Shown here one piece after another: positions 1 to 6,927 of a stretch of 64,000 bases of DNA. Numbering within the stretch: position 1 is the stretch's first letter; every line of letters starts with the position of its first letter. The DNA comes from an uncultured Candidatus Saccharibacteria bacterium (GTDB taxonomy: Bacteria; Patescibacteriota; Saccharimonadia; Saccharimonadales; Saccharimonadaceae): positions 6,540 to 70,539 of the forward strand of contig CAMKOB010000002.1 in NCBI GenBank assembly GCA_946414345.1, written 5' to 3'. Below the pieces are notes generated by a model that worked only from the letters and a program-made list of their open reading frames with translations, did not search any database and was not told where the DNA came from. Position numbers and translations under genes: made by a program.

Positions 1-1
1 T

Positions 2-571
2 GAGGAAATATGTGACGACGGTGAAGACGTGGCGATTTGTGTGTTATATGAGGTTGGTGTACAGTTTGGTACACCGATTGAAGGTGCTCGGGGCATTGGT
101 GTTAAATTGGTGTCGATGACGGATGAGCTTCAAGCCTTGGATGCAAATTTGCTTGCAATACTGGACTTGACCGTATTTGACGAAAACAATGAAGTTATTC
201 CAGTTTCCGACAATAATATTGACGCATTCTTTGGCATTCGTAAGAAGGAACTCGGCGATTTAGCAGATGCAGAAGAGCTATATTTCCAGCTTGTTTATAT
301 TAAAGACGGTGTAATTGTCGAGCGTTATGATGTCTCTGATATTGAAGATGATGGTTGGGGCTGGATGTTTGACGTTTCTGGGCTGTCACACTTCTCAAAT
401 TATGGTATCTTGGTTTCGACTACACCAATTGCTCCGAATACAGGTGGGTATACCAATACTGAGGCTGGAAGCTACAGAGATAATACTGCTTTGATTATTA
501 CTGTAACGGTAATGACTGTGTTTTTGACAATTTATAATTCGGTGGCTTACTTAAGAAGAAACAAGAAGTAG
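2..571 (+). CDS. C-terminal part of a secreted, probably cell-wall-anchored protein (5' end lies outside the window) ending in a sortase-type sorting signal
   Basis: Frame 2 is open from nt 2, with no stop before the GTG at 29 used by the ORF track. The C-terminus is APNTG (431-445), a 14-aa spacer, the hydrophobic helix ALIITVTVMTVFLTIY, then an RRNKK tail. This is the tripartite layout of LPXTG-type sorting signals. Confidence 0.6.
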   Translation, partial: EEICDDGEDVAICVLYEVGVQFGTPIEGARGIGVKLVSMTDELQALDANLLAILDLTVFDENNEVIPVSDNNIDAFFGIRKKELGDLADAEELYFQLVYIKDGVIVERYDVSDIEDDGWGWMFDVSGLSHFSNYGILVSTTPIAPNTGGYTNTEAGSYRDNTALIITVTVMTVFLTIYNSVAYLRRNKK

Positions 572-606
572 TTTTCGTTAGTTGTGAGTCTTTGGATAAG
601 CGAAAA

Positions 607-633
607 GTAAAGGGATAATCCCTTTACTTTTTT
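607..633 (+). terminator. Rho-independent terminator
   Basis: Hairpin GTAAAGGGA-TAA-TCCCTTTAC followed by TTTTTT, shortly after the stop at 569-571. Confidence 0.7.
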
Positions 634-642
634 GTAAAAGCG

Positions 643-651
643 TGATATAAT
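643..651 (+). promoter_or_regulatory. Extended -10 promoter element for the rplF unit
   Basis: TGATATAAT, followed by a 27-nt leader with an AAGGA Shine-Dalgarno before the ATG at 679. Confidence 0.5.
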
Positions 652-678
652 GATACAGATATTAACGTAAAGGAAAAT

Positions 679-1215
679 ATGAGTCGTATCGGAAAACAAC
701 CCATCGATATTCCGGCGGGAGTGACAATCACGGTCGGCGACAAAGAGATTACTGTCGCTGGACCGAAGGGTCAGCTCATCGTTCCGGTTCAGCCTATGAC
801 TACTACAAAGGTCGAAGGCACTCAGGTAATCGTTACTCGTAAGGATGACGAACCAAAATCTCGGGCATGGCACGGTTTGCAACGCGCATTGATCAACAAT
901 GCCGTTAATGGCGTGACTAAGGGCTTCGAGAAAAAACTAGAAATTAACGGTGTAGGTTTTCGTCTATCAGGCGGTGGACAAGAAATCGAAATGGCGCTTG
1001 GTTTTTCACATCCAGTGAAATACCGTGCACCAGAAGGTGTCCAACTTACTACCAATAAAATGGAAATTACCGTGTCTGGTATTGACAAACAAAAAGTCGG
1101 CCAGGTAGCGGCGGAAATCCGTAGCCTCAAGAAGCCAGAGCCTTACAAGGGTAAAGGTATTAAGTATGTGGATGAGACGATTATCCGCAAGGCTGGAAAG
1201 GCAGGGAAGAAATAA
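679..1215 (+). CDS. rplF: 50S ribosomal protein L6 (uL6)
   Basis: N-terminus MSRIGKQPIDIPAGVTI and a length of 178 aa. Lies in the canonical L6-L18-S5-L15 order. Confidence 0.97.
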   Translation: MSRIGKQPIDIPAGVTITVGDKEITVAGPKGQLIVPVQPMTTTKVEGTQVIVTRKDDEPKSRAWHGLQRALINNAVNGVTKGFEKKLEINGVGFRLSGGGQEIEMALGFSHPVKYRAPEGVQLTTNKMEITVSGIDKQKVGQVAAEIRSLKKPEPYKGKGIKYVDETIIRKAGKAGKK

Positions 1216-1544
1216 TGAATAAGTCAATGAGAGCAAATCGTACGCGTGCAAAAATTCATGGTACGAGTGAAAGGCCACGCCTAACAGTGCATTTTTCCAA
1301 TTTGCACATTACGGCGCAGGTAATTGATGATGACAAGAAGACTACGCTTGCCTATGCTACGACGGTCGGTGCCAAAATGACTGGTACCAAGACTGAGCGT
1401 GCTGCTAAAATTGGTGAAGAAATCGCCAAGAAAGCAAAGGCCGCCAAGGTAAAGAAAGTCGTTTTCGACCGTGGTTCTAAATTATATGCTGGTAGAATGT
1501 CTGCTTTAGCTGACGCTGCTCGCAAGGAAGGATTGGAGTTTTAA
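1215..1544 (+). CDS. rplR: 50S ribosomal protein L18 (uL18)
   Basis: RPRLTVHFSNLHITAQVIDD and C-terminal FDRGSKLYAGRMSALADAARKEGLEF. TAATG stop/start overlap with rplF. Confidence 0.95.
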   Translation: MNKSMRANRTRAKIHGTSERPRLTVHFSNLHITAQVIDDDKKTTLAYATTVGAKMTGTKTERAAKIGEEIAKKAKAAKVKKVVFDRGSKLYAGRMSALADAARKEGLEF

Positions 1545-1545
1545 T

Positions 1546-2340
1546 ATGGCAGAAGCTGAGAAAAAAGCCCCAAGAGTAATTAATAAGTCTGGCACCCTTA
1601 AAATGGACGATAAGGTCGCTGAGACCAAGCAGATTCGCGACATTTCTGGTAAAAAGATGGACCGAAGGAATCGCCGTGATCGTGTTAAGGCTGATGCCGG
1701 TGCGAAGGAATATGATGATATTACTATCGCAGTGGATCGTGTATCTCGTACAGTGGCTGGTGGCCGCAGAATGAGATTCAAAGCTTTAGTTGCAATTGGG
1801 AATCATAAAAACAAAGTTGGTATTGGTGTTGCAAAAGGTAATGATGTGACAACCGCTGTAGCAAAAGCTACATCTAAGGCGAAGAAGTCAATGATTACGT
1901 TCTCAATGAATGGTGAGACGATTTGCCACGAGACTCGTACTAAGGTGACCGGTGCAGATGTTTTGATGAAGCCGGCTGCTCCTGGTACTGGTATTATCGC
2001 TGGTGGTACAGTGCGTGCGATTATGGGTCTAACTGGCGTGAAGAACTTGATTTCGAAATCGCTTGGTTCGACTAATAAAGTAAACATCGCTTATGCAGTA
2101 ATTGATGGTTTACGCGCTCAGGTGCCACGTAATCAGTGGACTGGTAAAAAAGCCGAGGCTACCGAAAAGCCAGTGGTGAAGGCTGAAGCTAAAGTTGCTG
2201 AGAAGGTGGTTGCTAAGAAGCCAGCTGCTAAGGTTGAAAAAGCTGAGGCTAAGCCAGCTGTTAAGAAAGCTACCACCAAGAAACCAGCCGCCAAAAAACC
2301 AGCTACTAAGAAAGCTGCTCCAAAGAAGGAGGATAAGTAA
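1546..2340 (+). CDS. rpsE: 30S ribosomal protein S5 (uS5) with N- and C-terminal extensions
   Basis: Core RVSRTVAGGRRMRFKALVAIGNHKNKVGIGVAKG...GTGIIAGGTVRAIMGLTG. It is 264 aa because of a charged N-terminal extension and a Lys/Ala/Pro-rich C-terminal tail (AKKPAAK-type). Confidence 0.95.
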   Translation: MAEAEKKAPRVINKSGTLKMDDKVAETKQIRDISGKKMDRRNRRDRVKADAGAKEYDDITIAVDRVSRTVAGGRRMRFKALVAIGNHKNKVGIGVAKGNDVTTAVAKATSKAKKSMITFSMNGETICHETRTKVTGADVLMKPAAPGTGIIAGGTVRAIMGLTGVKNLISKSLGSTNKVNIAYAVIDGLRAQVPRNQWTGKKAEATEKPVVKAEAKVAEKVVAKKPAAKVEKAEAKPAVKKATTKKPAAKKPATKKAAPKKEDK

Positions 2341-2804
2341 TGAAATACAATGAATTAGTGGTTGAGAAGAACACTCGCCCATCACGTAAAGGTCGTGGTA
2401 TTTCGGCTGGACAGGGTAAAACCGCTGGACGTGGTACTAAAGGTCAGAAGGCTCGTACTGGTCATCGCAAGATGCCAACCGGTTTCATGGGCGGTCAGCG
2501 TGCTATCATGCAGGCTGTGCCAAAGCTCAAAGGTTTTAAGAGCTTTCACGCTAAGGCCGAAGTGGTCTATACAGATCGTTTGAACGATTTGAAGGGTAAG
2601 ATTGATAACTTTACTTTGGCGGAAAATAGTTTGATTTCTAGCCCATATGTAAAGGTAAAAATCATTACCCGTGGCGAATTGACTGCAAAACTTGATATTG
2701 AGACACAATTCGCTTCAAAGACTGCAATTGCCGCTATCAAGAAGGCGGGCGGATCATTCAAAAAAGTTGCAATCTTGCAAAAATCCGCTAAAAAAGCTGA
2801 ATAA
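2340..2804 (+). CDS. rplO: 50S ribosomal protein L15 (uL15)
   Basis: N-terminus RKGRGISAGQGKTAGRGTKGQKARTG. Starts in the TAATG overlap with the rpsE stop, so no rpmD gene can lie between them. Confidence 0.95.
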   Translation: MKYNELVVEKNTRPSRKGRGISAGQGKTAGRGTKGQKARTGHRKMPTGFMGGQRAIMQAVPKLKGFKSFHAKAEVVYTDRLNDLKGKIDNFTLAENSLISSPYVKVKIITRGELTAKLDIETQFASKTAIAAIKKAGGSFKKVAILQKSAKKAE

Positions 2805-2817
2805 TAGCTTAAAAATT

Positions 2818-2852
2818 CAAAATAATCTCTAGAAATAGAGATTATTTTGTTG
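2818..2852 (+). terminator. Rho-independent terminator after rplO
   Basis: 13-bp stem CAAAATAATCTCT / AGAGATTATTTTG with loop AGAAAT and a T-rich 3' side. Confidence 0.7.
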
Positions 2853-2867
2853 TATAATGTATTCATT

Positions 2868-3581
2868 ATGAATGAAGCGGAGTTAAAAACAAGTACAAAA
2901 CAGCGGGTGGTTATTAGTTTAATTGCAGTAATAATGCTGGGTTCGGTAATTGCGGGTTATGTGGCAATTATAGCGAATGGTGGCCCTAAATCGACAAATA
3001 CGGAAATTACCGACGAGAAGGCGCAGGAGTATTATGAGGCTTATGCGGCAAAGCTCGATGAATTTAAAACGGCAACGGCGAGCGATTTTGCGAAATTTTC
3101 TGGCCAACTTGGTGCGGTGGCAGCATATGATGAGACGGCTGCGAATAGCAATGGTGTAGCTACGAAAGAGCTAGTAGTAGGTGATGGGCGAGAGCTTGCT
3201 AGTGGTGACACAAATTATCTGGCTTATTATGTAGGTTGGTGTGCTGATGGTACGATTTTTGATTCGTCGCTTGACGACACTGAAAATCCAACATCGTTTA
3301 CGAATGCCTTGGATGCATCACAAGGAATGATTGAAGGTTGGAACGAAGGCGTAGTGGGAATGAAACTGGGTGGAATTCGTAGAATTACGATTCCGGGTGA
3401 AAAGGCCTATGGCTCATCGCGTGAGATTTGTGGTGGGTATGATAAGCCATTGCGCTTTTTGGCGATGGTGGTGGCGAACGAAGAACCATTTGCGACGGTT
3501 GTACGAGAGCTTGAGACGGCATACATGAAGGTGCAATATGCCAATTATGGCATTGATTACGAAGCAGCAATGAGCAGGTAG
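2868..3581 (+). CDS. Membrane-anchored FKBP-type peptidyl-prolyl cis-trans isomerase
   Basis: N-terminal TM helix VVISLIAVIMLGSVIAGYVAIIA. FKBP core YVGWCADGTIFDSS...GMIEGWNEGVVGMKLGGIRRITIPGEKAYG. ATG 2868 is preferred over TTG 2847 because TATAAT (2853-2858) lies 9 nt upstream. Confidence 0.85.
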   Translation: MNEAELKTSTKQRVVISLIAVIMLGSVIAGYVAIIANGGPKSTNTEITDEKAQEYYEAYAAKLDEFKTATASDFAKFSGQLGAVAAYDETAANSNGVATKELVVGDGRELASGDTNYLAYYVGWCADGTIFDSSLDDTENPTSFTNALDASQGMIEGWNEGVVGMKLGGIRRITIPGEKAYGSSREICGGYDKPLRFLAMVVANEEPFATVVRELETAYMKVQYANYGIDYEAAMSR

Positions 3582-3608
3582 TTGATTTTAGTTTAAGCTG
3601 AGTGACGA

Positions 3609-3638
3609 TTGACGTTGTTTTTTTGAGTGTGCTATAAT
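3609..3638 (+). promoter_or_regulatory. Sigma-70-type promoter of FISUMP paralogue A
   Basis: TTGACG, an 18-nt spacer, then TGCTATAAT (extended -10). Confidence 0.6.
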
Positions 3639-3683
3639 ATAACCATAAAGTTTATAAACACAAACACAAAAAGGTAAAGACAT

Positions 3684-5498
3684 ATGTCATCAAAACTTCT
3701 TATTAACGTAAATGACGCTAGTCCATCTGTAGTGCCAGACACTAGTGCACCAGATACTGGTATGTTTAGTGCCTCCCATGCAGATGGAGTGCACTTTAAT
3801 ACTAGTATGATTTTGCCAATTATTGGTATCGCTGTTTTAATAATTGCTATTATCGCAGGAACGATTGTAGCGGCTTCTCGTCGCAGAAAAGTAAATCGTT
3901 TTACTACGCATACTAATAAACACTTAGTGGCTAAACTAACTACATTATCCGTAGTAGTACTACTTGGTGCGCTGGCTGTAATGAATCTAGACAAACTTTC
4001 TAATCTAGCTAGTGCAGTACTTCTGGTAGATGATTTAAAAAACAATGATGACAATAGTCTTACTATTACGGCTAGTGATATCAAGATTGATGTAGATTTA
4101 AATGACAAAGCAGTCTTTGCTGCTGGCGAAAGTGTAGTTACTGTAGATTCTGCTACTGAGGCTGGATACACATTAATGGCTTATGTAGATAGTACTGCTA
4201 CAGACCTAAAGAATGAAACTAATAAATCGTCTACTAGTACTATTACTATGCTAAACACTACAGACTTCAAGAACCCAACAGCTTTAACTAATAATACATG
4301 GGGTATTGCCACTACTAAACCAACGGACCAAACATCGGAAGTCTTTACTGGCCTTCCTACTACACTAGACACTGCTATGACATTAAAGATTACAGACGAA
4401 GCTACAACTGCTAATGATAAATCTACCTTCTACTATGGCACTTATATTACTCCAGACCTAGATTATGGTACTTATTCTGGTACTACCATTACTTATATTG
4501 CCATAGCCAATGTAACCGAACTGTGCAATCCAAATGCTACTACCATTGACGATGCGGTATGTATGCAAGATTTTGCTGGACCTAATCGTAACCAGATAGT
4601 TGATTCTATGACACCAGAAACCCAATATACACTCATAGACAAACGTGATGAGAAAAGCTATACGATTGCGAAACTTCGAATCAACTTAGGGAGTGTAATG
4701 AGAGGTTCTCATGACGATTATGCTGTTTGGATGACTCAAAACCTAGATCTCGACCTCGATTCTAATACTACATACACCAACGAGGACACAGATTTAGGTT
4801 TCAACTTGCGTACGGGTGAATATGAAACCGCTTCTTGGGCTCCGAGCCGTTCTACTTATACTAGCACAAATACTTTCAAGCATGATTGGTGTATTGGTGG
4901 TGAATGGGTTTCTAATGATTCAGAAATGCAAGGTACACACTGTTCTAATTTTGTACTAGAATCTTATGATCCGGGTGATTATTATTGGAATGGTGTTGTT
5001 CGTAGTGGCGACTTTTCTGCCAATGGTATTCCGCAGCATCATTTAGGTAATTATTACAACTGGAATGCTGCTGTAGCAATGAATGATACTTCTAATGTTT
5101 CTCATTCTGTTGAGCTGGGGCAATCTATTTGTCCCACTGGTTGGACTCTTCCTACAGGCGTTTACTCCTTCTTTCGTTTGTGGTATTCTTATGATTTGGA
5201 TGAATATTCTTATAGCCCAAGAGATCTGGATGCTGCTGGCGAGCTTAATACTGCTCTTTGGCTTGAGCCACTTTATTTCAATATGAGTGGTTTTTTCGAT
5301 GGCGAATTGAGCCATATTTCGTTTGGAGGATTTTTATGGAATTCATTGTCTTCAATTAAAGGAGAAGCTTCTAGCGCTGGTTTCCAGGAATGGAATGCTG
5401 TGTCTGCCCCAAATGGTAGAGCTTACCGTGGTCTCGGTGTTTCTGTCCGTTGTGTCGTCCGCTCAGGAGAGATGTTTAGCTTAGTGCCATTGGGTTAG
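3684..5498 (+). CDS. Surface protein, paralogue A: N-terminal sorting-signal-like module, shared beta-rich module, FISUMP (Fibrobacter succinogenes major paralogous, TIGR02145-like) C-terminal domain
   Basis: In-frame TAA at 3675-3677 fixes the ATG at 3684. C-terminal signature VWMTQNLDLDL...HLGNYYNWNAAVAMN...SICPTGWTLPT...GVSVRCV. The N-terminus is PDTG, a TM helix, RRRK, then a second TM helix. Confidence 0.8.
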   Translation: MSSKLLINVNDASPSVVPDTSAPDTGMFSASHADGVHFNTSMILPIIGIAVLIIAIIAGTIVAASRRRKVNRFTTHTNKHLVAKLTTLSVVVLLGALAVMNLDKLSNLASAVLLVDDLKNNDDNSLTITASDIKIDVDLNDKAVFAAGESVVTVDSATEAGYTLMAYVDSTATDLKNETNKSSTSTITMLNTTDFKNPTALTNNTWGIATTKPTDQTSEVFTGLPTTLDTAMTLKITDEATTANDKSTFYYGTYITPDLDYGTYSGTTITYIAIANVTELCNPNATTIDDAVCMQDFAGPNRNQIVDSMTPETQYTLIDKRDEKSYTIAKLRINLGSVMRGSHDDYAVWMTQNLDLDLDSNTTYTNEDTDLGFNLRTGEYETASWAPSRSTYTSTNTFKHDWCIGGEWVSNDSEMQGTHCSNFVLESYDPGDYYWNGVVRSGDFSANGIPQHHLGNYYNWNAAVAMNDTSNVSHSVELGQSICPTGWTLPTGVYSFFRLWYSYDLDEYSYSPRDLDAAGELNTALWLEPLYFNMSGFFDGELSHISFGGFLWNSLSSIKGEASSAGFQEWNAVSAPNGRAYRGLGVSVRCVVRSGEMFSLVPLG

Positions 5499-6865
5499 TA
5501 AGAGAAGAGTGATTCATAGTAGAGTTTAAGTTCTTCGGCAATGAAGTCGTCGTCTTCGTAAATAGCGTTGAGACTCTGGAGGAATTTGGCGGATTGTTTC
5601 TCGAGGCGTGATTTGCGATAAGATTCCCATTTTTTCATTTCAGTTTCGCTAAGACTTTCGGGGTAATTGCGGCCTTTGTAGTGTAATAACAAATCTGGTA
5701 AGCGTTCATCGTCGAATTCGGGATGAAAATCGGCGAGTTTTTTGCTATCTGCGTTGCGAACGGCGGAGACTTTGACACGGTCAGTGTCATTTAGGAAGCC
5801 TTCATAAATGGCTTGTTCTGGCTCTTCGGCGGGTGGGAATTTGTCGGCTTCGGCTTCGTTGATGGTCCGCATTTTTTCGGCGAATTCTGGGTGAGCCATG
5901 AGTGATTTATAATTCTCATTAATTTTTTCACGAGTGAGACCAATTTTGGTCCAGCCGTCATTTTTTTCTAATACGCTGATCGGTGCGATAGCTGGGCATT
6001 TATTGAAGCAGAGTTCTTTGATAATTGGAAAAAAAGAACCGTTTGTTTTTGAATCTTCTGGAATGGTATTTGCAAGTATTTCGTCTAGATTATATCGTAA
6101 GTTCCAAACAAGCACATTGCCATTACGAGACGTGGTAATGGGCGCGACGACGGTTGTTTTGTTGAATTCAGATGAATATCGACCGCTCGTATAGACGATG
6201 GGATTCTTATTATTCAAATTGACGTATTGTTGGATGACTTTTTTGTCGCGGAGCTTGAAGAGGAAATTAAATATCTCTGGTTGTTTTTCTTTGATTAGTT
6301 TGGCGACGGCTATAGTTGCATAAACGTCGGAAAGGGCATCGTGGGCGTGTTCGTGTTTCATGCCATTAAGTTTAGTGATAAGTTCTAGGCGGTTGGTGGC
6401 TTTGCCGCTTTTTGTAACAGGCCATTTGATGCCGTCTGGACGCAAGGCCCTCACCATACGTACGACATCTAAGATATCCCAACGACTGCGGCCATCTCTC
6501 CATTCCCATTCGTACGGGTCGTAAAAATTACGCCATAAAATAGCACGCATGAATTCGTCGTCAAAGCGAACGGTATTGTAGCCGATTGCGATAGTGTTTG
6601 GTGTAAAGATATCTTCTGTGACAATACGGCAAAACTCAGCTTCAGTATAGCCATCTTCCAATGTTTTTTGTGGGGTGATTTTGGTAACCATGATGGCTTC
6701 GGGGCTTGGCAGGGCATCGGGTGTCATTTTGACTAAGATATTGACTGGCTCGCCAATGGGATTTAAATCTAAATCAGTTCTTTGGCCGGCAAATTGCATA
6801 ATGCGGTCGGCACGAGGGTTGAGCCCGCTGGTCTCTAAATCATAGAAGAAAAAGGTTTTATTCAT
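5495..6865 (-). CDS. sbcB: Exodeoxyribonuclease I-like DEDDh 3'-5' exonuclease
   Basis: FFFYDLETSGLNPRADRIMQFAG (Exo I motif), HDALSDVYATIAV (Exo III motif), ~456 aa. Start moved to ATG 6865 (MNKTFFFYD), 6 nt downstream of TGCTATAAT. Confidence 0.85.
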   Translation of the reverse strand: MNKTFFFYDLETSGLNPRADRIMQFAGQRTDLDLNPIGEPVNILVKMTPDALPSPEAIMVTKITPQKTLEDGYTEAEFCRIVTEDIFTPNTIAIGYNTVRFDDEFMRAILWRNFYDPYEWEWRDGRSRWDILDVVRMVRALRPDGIKWPVTKSGKATNRLELITKLNGMKHEHAHDALSDVYATIAVAKLIKEKQPEIFNFLFKLRDKKVIQQYVNLNNKNPIVYTSGRYSSEFNKTTVVAPITTSRNGNVLVWNLRYNLDEILANTIPEDSKTNGSFFPIIKELCFNKCPAIAPISVLEKNDGWTKIGLTREKINENYKSLMAHPEFAEKMRTINEAEADKFPPAEEPEQAIYEGFLNDTDRVKVSAVRNADSKKLADFHPEFDDERLPDLLLHYKGRNYPESLSETEMKKWESYRKSRLEKQSAKFLQSLNAIYEDDDFIAEELKLYYESLFSY

Positions 6866-6871
6866 GACTAA

Positions 6872-6880
6872 ATTATAGCA
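6872..6880 (-). promoter_or_regulatory. Extended -10 (TGCTATAAT) 6 nt upstream of the sbcB ATG (leaderless)
   Basis: The reverse complement of ATTATAGCA is TGCTATAAT. The gap to the ATG (6865) is 6 nt. Confidence 0.55.
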
Positions 6881-6912
6881 TGAAAAAAAATCGATAAAAA
6901 ACATAAGAATTA

Positions 6913-6921
6913 TGTTATAAT
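6913..6921 (+). promoter_or_regulatory. Extended -10 (TGTTATAAT) 6 nt upstream of the ldh ATG (leaderless)
   Basis: TGTTATAAT at 6913-6921 and ATG at 6928. No Shine-Dalgarno is possible in a 6-nt gap. Confidence 0.55.
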
Positions 6922-6927
6922 CTAGTC

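Noticed and set aside
3632-4171. 179-aa minus-strand ORF, with further ORFs at 4181-4372, 45092-45421 and 45479-45703, opposite the FISUMP paralogues
   Set aside because: These are shadow ORFs antisense to well-supported genes. They have low-complexity Ser/Thr/Val composition mirroring the sense strand, and no promoter or Shine-Dalgarno.
4650-5498. Diversity-generating retroelement targeting of the variable FISUMP C-termini
   Set aside because: The window contains no reverse transcriptase gene and no template-repeat copy of the variable region. The differences between paralogues include indels rather than adenine-specific substitutions.
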